Shown: positions 19,812 to 30,244 of the stretch, piece by piece
How positions within the stretch are numbered: position 1 is the first letter of the stretch
How the letters are laid out: each line of letters begins with the position of its first letter
Source of the DNA: Phycisphaerales bacterium
GTDB lineage: Bacteria > Planctomycetota > Phycisphaerae > UBA1845
Length of the DNA: 64,000 bases
NCBI GenBank assembly: GCA_020639115.1
Contig: JACKHG010000011.1
Location: 17,364 to 81,363 of the forward strand
Direction: 5' to 3'
Program-made: the position numbers and the translations under genes
The notes under the pieces: model-generated
Database searches by the model: none
What the model was told of the DNA's origin: nothing
Seen by the model: only the letters and a program-made list of their open reading frames with translations

Positions 19812-20632
19812 CCACCTTCGATGCCCCGGAGATGCCCAAAGGCTCGCCCGGCGCGTCCGGGGACACCGCGCTGCGCTGCTTCACCTGCGGCTACAACCTC
19901 ACCGGAGCCGTCAACAACCGCTGCCCGGAGTGCGGCTCCGACTTTGATCGCGACACGATCCTTGCACAACGCGCTGGTGAAGGCCCGCCTTCACCCGTCC
20001 CGATTTGGGATGAGCGGCGCGTGAACGGAATCTGCCTGGCGTACTTCCAGATTGCCTGGCGCGTCATGTTCAGACCGGGACCTCTTGCACGCCGGTTCCT
20101 GCCTAATCCCGACTGGTCATCGGCGCGCGTCTTGGGCAGATGCTCATACGGAATCGCAGCGGCTCTCACACTTGCCGGTGCGCTGATTTCCCAGTCCGAG
20201 ATCGTTGGACGCATTCTGCTGTCGATCGCTTGGCTGGTCGGCGCCTACACTACGGAGCGCGCCGCCTCTATTGTCTTTCCCAATCACCGCTGCGTCGAGC
20301 GACCGAATCCCCGGGCGCGATCGAACTGGACGCGCACTCTGGTGGGCCTGGGGAGCTGCTTCCTCGTCATCAACGCGATCATCATCGCTGGCGGTTTCAT
20401 GAATCCGGCGACTCCCGTAGACCTGGTTCCCCCTGGAGCGATGCTGCTCTTCGTCGTCGCTTGCCTCTGGTGGTGGATGGCGCTCTTCGTCGTGAGCGTG
20501 AACGCAGCGGGCTGGCGGGGGTGCGTCACGCTGATCACCCTGCCCCTGGCAGCCGGCATCGGATTCGGTGTCGGCGCCCTGACATTCTTCATGGCCTGCG
20601 TCCTCACTTTCCGGGGAGACATCTTCAACTGA
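19808..20632 (+). CDS. Zinc-ribbon (CFTCGYNLTGA...CPECG) polytopic membrane protein, paralog 2
   Basis: The ATG at 19808 overlaps the peptidase TGA (ATGA). This is the in-frame part of track ORF 19160..20632. It shares conserved blocks with paralog 1. Confidence 0.75.
   Translation: MTTFDAPEMPKGSPGASGDTALRCFTCGYNLTGAVNNRCPECGSDFDRDTILAQRAGEGPPSPVPIWDERRVNGICLAYFQIAWRVMFRPGPLARRFLPNPDWSSARVLGRCSYGIAAALTLAGALISQSEIVGRILLSIAWLVGAYTTERAASIVFPNHRCVERPNPRARSNWTRTLVGLGSCFLVINAIIIAGGFMNPATPVDLVPPGAMLLFVVACLWWWMALFVVSVNAAGWRGCVTLITLPLAAGIGFGVGALTFFMACVLTFRGDIFN
19848..19905 (+). repeat. 58-nt perfect direct repeat, copy 1
   Basis: Identical to 20771..20828. Encodes GASGDTALRCFTCGYNLTG. Confidence 0.95.
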
Positions 20633-20730
20633 GCAACATGAATAACACGAACGGCTCGCGTCGCATGAAAGTCGCGAGGTCTGCGGCAGTAGCATCAATC
20701 GCCATCGCTCGTTAAGATTGAAGGTTTTTC

Positions 20731-21561
20731 ATGCCACCAAGTGACTCGAGCGACTTGCCCGGCACGAGCGCCGGCGCGTCCGGGGACACCGCGCTGCGCT
20801 GCTTCACCTGCGGCTACAACCTCACCGGCGTTGTCAGCAAACGGTGCCCGGAGTGCGGCACGGAATTCGACCCGGTAAGGATGCGTGAGATCCTCTACGG
20901 CGCCGCGGAGGACATCCCAGCACTGAACCGGTGCCGTGAAATCGGCTGGCTCCCGGCCCTGCTGCTCACCGCGTTCGACAGTTGCGTCCATCCGGTCCGC
21001 ACGGCACGCCGCATGCCCATCAATCCCAGCACCGAGTCGGGCTGGCTGTACAGCGGTGTGTGTTACGCCGCAGCCGCAGCGCTCTACATTCTTGCGAGTA
21101 TGCTGAGCCGCTATTCGCAACCCGAAGAGGCCACGATCATCTTCATAGCGTGGGGGATCGGCGTGGGTTCCTGCGAGGCCGTCCTCGGACTGCTCCTCGC
21201 CGCCATCTGCGCCCACGGACGTCACTACCCCGTGCGCTATCGCTACTATCGCGGCCTTGTTCACCTCGGCAGCATCCACGTCGTTGGGTTGGCGCTGGCC
21301 TTTGTACTGATCGCCGCCGAGCTGTCGGCATGGCAGCCGAGCGGCATGGACCCCTACATGCGACCATTCTGGTTGGATTTCCTCATAATTCTCCCCTGGC
21401 TCTCCGTCGGCGCATGGCTGGTTCACATGACCATCATGGTTGCGGCTCTGCGCGAGTCCATAGGCACCGTTCTGTTGACCCCGCTTGTCATGGCGCTGAG
21501 CGTCTTTTTGGCGCTGGCGCCGTCTGCCGGATTCGTGATGGTCTTCGGACGCGGACTGTGA
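20731..21561 (+). CDS. Zinc-ribbon (CFTCGYNLTGV...CPECG) polytopic membrane protein, paralog 3 (divergent membrane domain)
   Basis: The N-terminal 19 aa of the Cys module are nucleotide-identical to paralog 2. The rest is a different multi-helix hydrophobic domain. Confidence 0.7.
   Translation: MPPSDSSDLPGTSAGASGDTALRCFTCGYNLTGVVSKRCPECGTEFDPVRMREILYGAAEDIPALNRCREIGWLPALLLTAFDSCVHPVRTARRMPINPSTESGWLYSGVCYAAAAALYILASMLSRYSQPEEATIIFIAWGIGVGSCEAVLGLLLAAICAHGRHYPVRYRYYRGLVHLGSIHVVGLALAFVLIAAELSAWQPSGMDPYMRPFWLDFLIILPWLSVGAWLVHMTIMVAALRESIGTVLLTPLVMALSVFLALAPSAGFVMVFGRGL
20771..20828 (+). repeat. 58-nt perfect direct repeat, copy 2
   Basis: Identical to 19848..19905. The flanking bases differ on both sides. 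Confidence 0.95.
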
Positions 21562-21640
21562 CGGCCGGTTTCGCTTGTGGCCGCCGGCCACGCCACGTAC
21601 GATGACCCGCGGACCCCCGAGGCCATCGCCGGAGCCTGAC

Positions 21641-22984
21641 GTGAACGCCAAGTGGCTGCTGACCATCCTGATCTTCGCGGGGCTCGTGCTCGGCATCATC
21701 GCCGGCCAGTTGCTCTACGACCCCGGCTTCAGCCCGGGCGGCGTGCACGCCCACGCCGCCGCCCTGGCCCTCTTCGACTTCATCGGCTTCACCGTCTTCA
21801 TGGGCCTGCTCAAGATGCTGATCATCCCGCTGATCGCCACCAGCGTGATCGCGGGCGTCACCAGCGTCGGGGATTTCTCCAAGCTGGGCGCACTGGGCGC
21901 CCGCACCCTCGTCTACTACTTTGCGACCATGTTCATGGCCGTCGTGCTCGGGCTCGTGCTGGTCACCACCTTCCGCCCCGGCGACCCGATGGCTGCCCAG
22001 GCGGCGCAGGTCGACAACTCGGGCGCCGCCACCAGCAACGACGCGGACGCCGCGAACGCACCGTCATCCGCGCCCGTCCCCGTCGACGAACGCGCCCAGG
22101 GCGGACTCATCGGCATCCTCAAGAACCTCGTGTCGCAGATGATCCCCGAGAACGTCGTGGCCGCAGCAGCCGCAGGCCAACCGCTCGGCATCATCTGCTT
22201 TTCCATCTTTTTCGGCGTGGTCGCCACACTCGTGGGCGCGCCGGCTGAGCCCGTCGTGCACTTCATGAATTCCGCGTTCGAGGTGCTCATGCGGATGGTG
22301 CACGTGGTGATGTGGATCGCGCCGCTCGGCGTGTTCGCCCTGCTCGCCAAGACCATCGCGGTGATCGGTCTGCAGGTCTTCTCCGAGGCCATCGGGCGCT
22401 ACATGTTCGTCGTTCTCGGCGGACTGGCCATCCACGGACTTATCGTCATTCCCCTGGTGCTCTGGTACTTCGGCAAGTGCAACCCCTTCAGGTTCCTCCA
22501 CCAGATGCGCCAGGCGATGATGACCGCCCTCGCGACCGACTCCTCCTCCGCGACGCTGCCGGTCACGATCGAGTGCGCCACGGAGCAGGGCGGCGTGAAC
22601 AAGCGCAGCGCCGGCTTCGTCCTGCCCCTCGGCTCGACCATCAACATGGACGGCACCGCGCTCTACGAGGCGGTCGCCGTCGTGTTCATCGCGCAGGCCT
22701 TCCACATCGACCTGTCGTTCACCGAGCTCATCATCGTCGCCGTCACCGCGACGCTCGCCGCCATGGGCGCTGCCGGAATACCCAGCGCCGGACTCGTCAC
22801 CATGATCATCGTGATCAAGGCCGTGAACGGCAGCCTCACCGGCCACGGCGCCCCGGAGATCCCCGAGGCCGGCATCGCGCTGATCATCGGCGTGGACCGC
22901 CTGCTCGATATGTTCCGCACCGCGGTCAACGTCTGGGGCGACGCCGCTGGCGCCAAGATCATCGATCGGTACGATGCGAAGTAA
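21641..22984 (+). CDS. Dicarboxylate/amino acid:cation symporter (DAACS/GltP family)
   Basis: Track ORF 21575..22984. GTG at 21641 lies behind GGAG (VNAKWLLTILIFAGLVLG); the alternative ATG is at 21602. Family strings present: SSSATLPVT, GSTINMDGTALYE, AAMGAAGIPSAGLV. Confidence 0.85.
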   Translation: MNAKWLLTILIFAGLVLGIIAGQLLYDPGFSPGGVHAHAAALALFDFIGFTVFMGLLKMLIIPLIATSVIAGVTSVGDFSKLGALGARTLVYYFATMFMAVVLGLVLVTTFRPGDPMAAQAAQVDNSGAATSNDADAANAPSSAPVPVDERAQGGLIGILKNLVSQMIPENVVAAAAAGQPLGIICFSIFFGVVATLVGAPAEPVVHFMNSAFEVLMRMVHVVMWIAPLGVFALLAKTIAVIGLQVFSEAIGRYMFVVLGGLAIHGLIVIPLVLWYFGKCNPFRFLHQMRQAMMTALATDSSSATLPVTIECATEQGGVNKRSAGFVLPLGSTINMDGTALYEAVAVVFIAQAFHIDLSFTELIIVAVTATLAAMGAAGIPSAGLVTMIIVIKAVNGSLTGHGAPEIPEAGIALIIGVDRLLDMFRTAVNVWGDAAGAKIIDRYDAK

Positions 22985-23017
22985 TGATGAATGATGAATG
23001 CGGAATGATGAATGAAC
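22983..23017 (+). repeat. (AATGATG)-type heptamer tandem array, 5 units, starting in the TAA stop of the DAACS gene
   Basis: Units are aatgatg aatgatg aatgcgg aatgatg aatgaac. Apart from the variant third and fifth units it has no C, in an otherwise GC-rich locus. Confidence 0.9.
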
Positions 23018-23057
23018 CATAGCAGCCCAGCCCCCAACCCGACCGCCCGACGCTGCG

Positions 23058-25046
<1,989 letters not shown>

Positions 25047-25429
25047 CCCCGCATTGAACTCCAAACCCGCCCACGCGGTCAACCAACCCCGCGCCCCGCG
25101 CAAATCAGAACCCCCCACGCCAGTGGGGGGCCACGCGCGCTCACCCGTACACGATCCTCGTGCGCAAGGCGCGCAACAGCGAAACAGAACCGCCACACCA
25201 GTGCAAGGCCACGCACGCTCGCGCGCGCAACGATCTCATGCACCCAAAGCGCACCGACCGTACGCACGTCCCGACCCCGGAGGGGTCAAGGCCTGTAGCC
25301 ACGGGTGGAGCAAGACCCGCCAGGGTCGAGCGCAACCCGTGAATATCGTCCCGTTGAGATTCCCCGCCCCGAAGGGGCGGAGGATACGCCGTCCGCGCCA
25401 CCGGCGCACTCCACCCAACAATCCACCCA

Positions 25430-25843
25430 TCATTGATCCGCCGGCAAACCGCATTCGGGACAAATGCCCGTCACATTGCCGGTCAGGTCGTATCCGCACC
25501 GCGTACATTGCCCCGGCGTCCGGTGCCGGCGCCACCGGGCATGCGCGAGTAACCCGACCAACGCGCATATCGGAGCGGCATAACACGTACCGAAGAACAG
25601 AGCGACAGGCGTCAATGGATCAAAATACCCCAGTCGCAGGCGTTCGCCAGCCACAGCCAGGCTGCTTGCCATTGCACCTGCGACGACCGACCCGACCGCA
25701 ATTGCGAGAAGCGACTCCGCCTTCCAGAGCCAGTCGGGCTCCGGTGCCACGCGGTGGGCACGATTCAGCAGGGCGATGGCCACACGATGGACCAGTAACC
25801 CACTCAGCACCGTCCCGCAGATGTATAGGATGATCATACCCAT
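25430..25843 (-). CDS. Small polytopic membrane protein with a C-terminal zinc ribbon (CTRCGYDLTGNVTGICPECG)
   Basis: 137-aa ORF with 3-4 hydrophobic helices, then RWRRH...C-x2-C...C-x2-C at the extreme C-terminus. Confidence 0.65.
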   Translation of the reverse strand: MGMIILYICGTVLSGLLVHRVAIALLNRAHRVAPEPDWLWKAESLLAIAVGSVVAGAMASSLAVAGERLRLGYFDPLTPVALFFGTCYAAPICALVGLLAHARWRRHRTPGQCTRCGYDLTGNVTGICPECGLPADQ

Positions 25844-25897
25844 GCGTCGGCGCCGGGAACGGCACGCTTCCCTGAAGCCCGATGTGAACGGCTTGCT

Positions 25898-26380
25898 CTA
25901 CTCCTCGAGTTGACGCCCGCACTCCGAGCACACCCCCGTCACATTGCCGGTCAGATCATATCCGCAGCGCACGCAAACGTTCGGCCTGAAATGCCGCCGC
26001 CAGCGGAGGTGTGCGACAACCGCAACCAGCGTCGCCAGAACGTAGGTACCGAGGAATTCGTCGCTGGGATGCCCAGTGACGAACCCGTCGAAGACGTGTT
26101 CCCGAAATTGCCCGGCCAGGATCACCGCTCCCACCACGACCATCGTCGCCAATGACGATGCTCCACCAATGGTGGCTATCGCCTGTATCCAAAGCGCCAG
26201 GCGACGCCCGGATCTGATCGGCTCCGTGCCGCGAACCCAAAGGCGATGCAGTCCCATGACACACAGTGACGTGACTGCAAACAGAAATAGGCTGGTCCAC
26301 CAGCCATTCACTAGACACGCCAACAGCGCCGCCAGGGAAGTCGCGATCAACCGCTGCAGGGCCGTCATGATCTGCCTCAC
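25898..26380 (-). CDS. Small polytopic membrane protein with a C-terminal zinc ribbon (CVRCGYDLTGNVTGVCSECG). Tandem paralog of 25430..25843.
   Basis: Same architecture as its neighbour. A 31-nt segment (25936-25966) matches 25468-25498 with 2 mismatches. The alternative ATG is at 26368. Confidence 0.65.
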   Translation of the reverse strand: MRQIMTALQRLIATSLAALLACLVNGWWTSLFLFAVTSLCVMGLHRLWVRGTEPIRSGRRLALWIQAIATIGGASSLATMVVVGAVILAGQFREHVFDGFVTGHPSDEFLGTYVLATLVAVVAHLRWRRHFRPNVCVRCGYDLTGNVTGVCSECGRQLEE

Positions 26381-26433
26381 CGTCTACGCGGATGCCCTAT
26401 GTCCAGCAATCCTGTCACGCTACCATACCCGCC

Positions 26434-27195
26434 ATGCTTTCCGCGGTCACTTTCGTGCCGACGCCGCCCAACGACGCCCTCTTCCTGCTCCACCTGCTCG
26501 CAGCCGGGGGCATCCTGCTGCTGTTTGCGCGGCTGGGACGGACCTGGCTCGTCGCGCTCATCGTCGTCTGCACGCTGCTGATGAACATCGCCGTGGCCAA
26601 GAGCGTCACGATCTTCGGCATGTCCGTCACCGGCGGCAACGTGCTGTTCGCGACCGTCTTCCTCGCCAACGACGTGCTCAACGAGCACTTCGGCCGCCGC
26701 GCGGCGCGCCAGGCCGTGCTCATCGGCTTCGCGACCGGGCTGGTGGTCGTCGTGATGATGCAGTTCGTGCTGCGCTACGAGCCGAACGCGTTCGACACCG
26801 CCCAGGCCGCCCTCGTCCAGCTCTTCGACGTCCGCGCCTACCCCCGCGTCGTCGCGGCCTCGATGGTCAGCTACCTGCTCGCCCAGCTCCTCGACGTGCA
26901 GATCTACCAGTGGATTCGCAGCCGCACCGGCGCGGGGCGGATGCTCTGGCTGCGCAGCAACGCCTCGACCTGGCTGGCCCAGGCGTACGACACGGTGTTC
27001 TTCACGACGGTGGGCATCACCGCCCTGCCCGTCGCGTGGCTCGACGCCGGCCCGATCGCAACCTGGAGCACCTGGTGGCAGGCCGTGGTTTTCGCCTACC
27101 TGCTCAAGATCGCCCTGGCGGCTGTCGACACCGGCTTCCTCTACCTCACCACCTGGCGCTGGCTGACGCCGAAGGATTCGCAGCGCACCCGGTAG
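26434..27195 (+). CDS. yhhQ: Queuosine-precursor transporter, YhhQ/DUF165 (VUT) family
   Basis: Track ORF 26392..27195, with an internal ATG at 26434. Family strings present: FATVFLANDVLNEHFG, AQLLDVQIYQWIR, WLRSNASTWLAQAYDTVFF. Confidence 0.75.
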   Translation: MLSAVTFVPTPPNDALFLLHLLAAGGILLLFARLGRTWLVALIVVCTLLMNIAVAKSVTIFGMSVTGGNVLFATVFLANDVLNEHFGRRAARQAVLIGFATGLVVVVMMQFVLRYEPNAFDTAQAALVQLFDVRAYPRVVAASMVSYLLAQLLDVQIYQWIRSRTGAGRMLWLRSNASTWLAQAYDTVFFTTVGITALPVAWLDAGPIATWSTWWQAVVFAYLLKIALAAVDTGFLYLTTWRWLTPKDSQRTR

Positions 27196-27256
27196 GAGCG
27201 CGGGGTAGAAACTACAGGACTTTCCAGCCGGACGAGCCGCGTGGGCAGCCTCGAAA

Positions 27257-27276
27257 GACCGACTGGAAAGTCGGTC
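27257..27276 (+). terminator. 8-bp GC-rich hairpin with a GGAA loop, downstream of yhhQ
   Basis: gaccgact-ggaa-agtcggtc. There is no U-tract, so this is a weak terminator call. Confidence 0.3.
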
Positions 27277-27461
27277 CCACATGGGCATCGGGGCTTCGCA
27301 ACGAGCTGTTCAGGAGCTGCCCCGCGGACCGCTCCCGCGCACCCGCACGGTCCGCGTCCATGCAGAGAAATTCACGGCGATCCCGCGACGAAAGCGATCG
27401 ATAGGGCCTACCATCGAGCGGGTGTGGCCCCGCGCCGGGTGGCGGCGCATGCGAGGCTGCC

Positions 27462-28691
27462 TTGTCCGAACCACGATCCACTCCACGAGCGGTGCGCGCC
27501 GTACGACGCATCCTCGTGCCTACCATTCGTTCCCGCTGGGCGAGCTTCAACGCGTGCCTCCTGACATTCCTCGCGGCGACGGCTGTCGGTGTCGTCATCG
27601 TCATGGGTACCCGCTGGTCGCTGGGCATGCCCGCGACCATGCCCAATACGTCGGCCCTGATCACGTTCACGGGGGTGATGATCTTTGGCACCGCGTGCGC
27701 GATGGCCTGCTGGGTGTACGGTCGGCGCCGAACGGCTGCGCTTCGACACCGCGACTGCGCCGATCGCTTGCACCGCCTCGCTCGCTTCCGGGAGCACGCC
27801 GCCGCGCGAATTCGTTATCCGCATCGACTCCTCGAAGCGGCGTTGCTGGAGGTGCGCTCGACGGGGGCGCGTATTTGCGAGCGCGAACTCCACGGGCACG
27901 CGCGGGCGCTGCGCGCGACCATCCACCTGGTGCCACCCAACTTCGTCGCCGTCATCGGTACCCGCCGCGACTCTCGCGCCCCGGCCTGGATCGGTACCGA
28001 GAGGTTCGAACCGATCGATGCCGACGACCGGAGAGCCGTCGAGGCGTTCTGCGCGCAGATCAACCGCGAACACCTGGACGCGTACTGCGCTCCGTCAACG
28101 CTGGCCCAATCGTGTCCGGCTGACGCACCCAGCGCACCTGAGCCATCAGGTGCATCGGCGGGTGCCGAGCACGCTCGCCGCCAATACCTCGACAGCCGGA
28201 CGCGCGTCGCGCTTCGCTGGACGCGCGTGGTGGCCATCCTGCTTTTTCTGACGGTGGTCCTCGGCGTCCTGCTCTATTACCTCTGCTCAGCCGCATACGG
28301 CGTCGTCATCGGCACGCGCCGGGTACCGGTTTGGCTTGTCCTTTTCGTCAGCGCACTCGTGGGCTGGTTCGTCATCCGCCGCACGATGCTCCACCTCCGC
28401 ACGTACCTCGTTCCCAGGGGGCTCATCGCCGCCCGTCACCCGTTCTGGCGCACGCGTGGATCCGCTTGGTATGCCCGACGGGGATCGACACCGCTCATCA
28501 GCGACCACGTTACCGGCGCGATTTTCGTGCGTGTGGCCTCCACACCCCGGTACGTTCGCACGCGCTACGACTTCTGCGCTGAGTCAAAACGGCCCCACCT
28601 GCTGGCTTGGCACAGCCGCGCCCCGTCGCCAACGCCCGACGCCGTGCAGGCATTCCTCGGCGACGATGTGGAACTGTCACTCGCCGACTGA
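27462..28691 (+). CDS. Hypothetical membrane protein (two pairs of TM helices separated by a soluble region)
   Basis: 409-aa ORF with coding-like composition. The start is uncertain: TTG at 27462, GTG at 27492 or GTG at 27516. I recognise no motif. Confidence 0.5.
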   Translation: MSEPRSTPRAVRAVRRILVPTIRSRWASFNACLLTFLAATAVGVVIVMGTRWSLGMPATMPNTSALITFTGVMIFGTACAMACWVYGRRRTAALRHRDCADRLHRLARFREHAAARIRYPHRLLEAALLEVRSTGARICERELHGHARALRATIHLVPPNFVAVIGTRRDSRAPAWIGTERFEPIDADDRRAVEAFCAQINREHLDAYCAPSTLAQSCPADAPSAPEPSGASAGAEHARRQYLDSRTRVALRWTRVVAILLFLTVVLGVLLYYLCSAAYGVVIGTRRVPVWLVLFVSALVGWFVIRRTMLHLRTYLVPRGLIAARHPFWRTRGSAWYARRGSTPLISDHVTGAIFVRVASTPRYVRTRYDFCAESKRPHLLAWHSRAPSPTPDAVQAFLGDDVELSLAD

Positions 28692-28897
28692 CTTGGCTTG
28701 CCGCGGCTGGCAGGCCCGTATTCACTCGATTTCCCGCAGTCGCAAGCGAACACCGACCACCGAGGCATGCGCCCTGCCGGGCGATGGGCACCGCCGCCTA
28801 TGTCCCCCGTCCGAAAGGACCAGCTTACCGCCCCCTTCGGCAGAACGCTGCGTCACCTTACTCCCGCAATCCGCTCGCCTGTGCTACCATCCTGGCG

Positions 28898-30109
28898 ATG
28901 ACGCCACGACGACCGACACGGCAGGTGCATATCGGGGCTGTTCCGCTCGGGGGCGATGCGCCCGTGGTGTTGCAGTCGATGACCAGCACGTACACCTACG
29001 ACATCGACGCCACGGTGGCGCAGATCCGCGAACTTGCGGCGAAGGGCTGCGACGTCGTTCGCGTCGCGACGCCGGAGAAGCGTGACACCGCCGCCCTGCC
29101 GGCGATCCTGGCGCAGTCGCCGGTGCCGATCGTCGCGGACGTGCACTTTCACTTCGAGCGGGCGCTGGAGGCGGTCGAGGCCGGCGTGCACAAGATCCGG
29201 CTCAACCCCGGCAACATCAGCGACCGCAAGCAGGTCGACCGGGTGATCCGGGCGTGCCGCGAGCGGAGCCTGCCGATTCGCGTCGGGGTGAACGAGGGTT
29301 CGATCGTCGAACGCAAGGACAGCCGCAACGCGCGGGCGAAATGGCGCCCTGCACACGGACCGCCAGGCGGAGATGATCCGGCTGATGGTCAGCAAGCTCG
29401 AGGATTACCCGCATCTTCGACGAGAACGACTTCCACGACGTGGTGATCAAGCGCGAAGAGCATCGACCCGCGCATCTGCATCGACGCCTACCGGGCGATT
29501 TCGAACGCTTCAACTACCTGCTGCACTCGGCGTGACGCACGCGGGCCTGCCTGAGACCGGGCGATCCGCTCGGTGTCCGCTGCGTTGAGATACACTGCTC
29601 GCCGAAGGCATCGGCGACACGATCCGATCAGCTATGCAGCCGACCCTGCTCTACGAGGTGGAGGATGGAAGGAACTGCTTTGCGTGCTGGGCTCTGCAGC
29701 CGGGCGCGAGCCGGAGCTGATCGCGTGCCCCACCTGCGGGCGGATTGAGATTGACCTCATCGCTTCCGTGGCCCAGGTGCGGCAGAAGCTGGCGGACATC
29801 AAGACGCCGGTGAAGGTCGCGGTGATGGGCTGCGTGGTGAACGGGCCGGGCGAGGCGGAGGGTGCGGACGTCGCGGTTTTCGCCGGCAAGGGAAGGGCAT
29901 CATCTACGTGCAGGGCGTGCAGACGCGGACGAGGGCGAGGCGGAGATGCTCGACGCGTTGTGGCCGAGGAGTCGCTGGCGTTCGCCGAGCGGGTGGAGTG
30001 GCGAGAGACGCTGAGCAGCGGGCTGTCACAACCGCCCTGCCCGACCCCCTGCCGCGCAGACGGCTCGATAGCCGCTGCCGGTCCGCAAGGGGTAACGCCG
30101 CGGCGATGA
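28898..30109 (+). pseudogene. ispG: ispG (4-hydroxy-3-methylbut-2-enyl diphosphate synthase) with its reading frame broken many times after about codon 147
   Basis: The frame is intact from 28898 to about 29338 (VLQSMTSTYT, IRLNPGNI, IRVGVNEGS). After that, recognisable IspG peptides alternate between all three frames: LHTDRQAEMIRLMVSKLEDY / IFDENDFHDVVIK / AKSIDPRICIDAYRAISNA / FNYLLH / [12 protein letters not shown] / [10 protein letters not shown] / [12 protein letters not shown] / ISYAADP / TLLYEVEDG / KELLCVLG...[15 protein letters not shown]...[12 protein letters not shown]...FAGKG / [12 protein letters not shown] / [11 protein letters not shown] / [14 protein letters not shown]. Confidence 0.85.
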
Positions 30110-30244
30110 CAGCCGAGTCTCCGCCTCAGGGCTGCGCTGCGGGCGTGGCACACACCGTTCCTTCCGTGGCCGCTGTCTCATCCGGCAACATTACATGCAA
30201 GATCTGAACAGGGCAGCGTGCCGCCTTGCCTGGAGCGATCGTCG

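Noticed and set aside
26381-26433. preQ1 riboswitch upstream of the YhhQ-family transporter
   Set aside because: The spacer is at most about 65 nt and lacks the conserved preQ1 aptamer features as I recall them (a short hairpin followed by an A-rich tail).
29335-29965. Programmed ribosomal frameshifting or transcriptional slippage as the explanation for the ispG frame changes
   Set aside because: There are at least 13 changes in both directions within about 620 nt, with no recurring slippery motif. The same pattern continues into an unrelated gene on the other strand.
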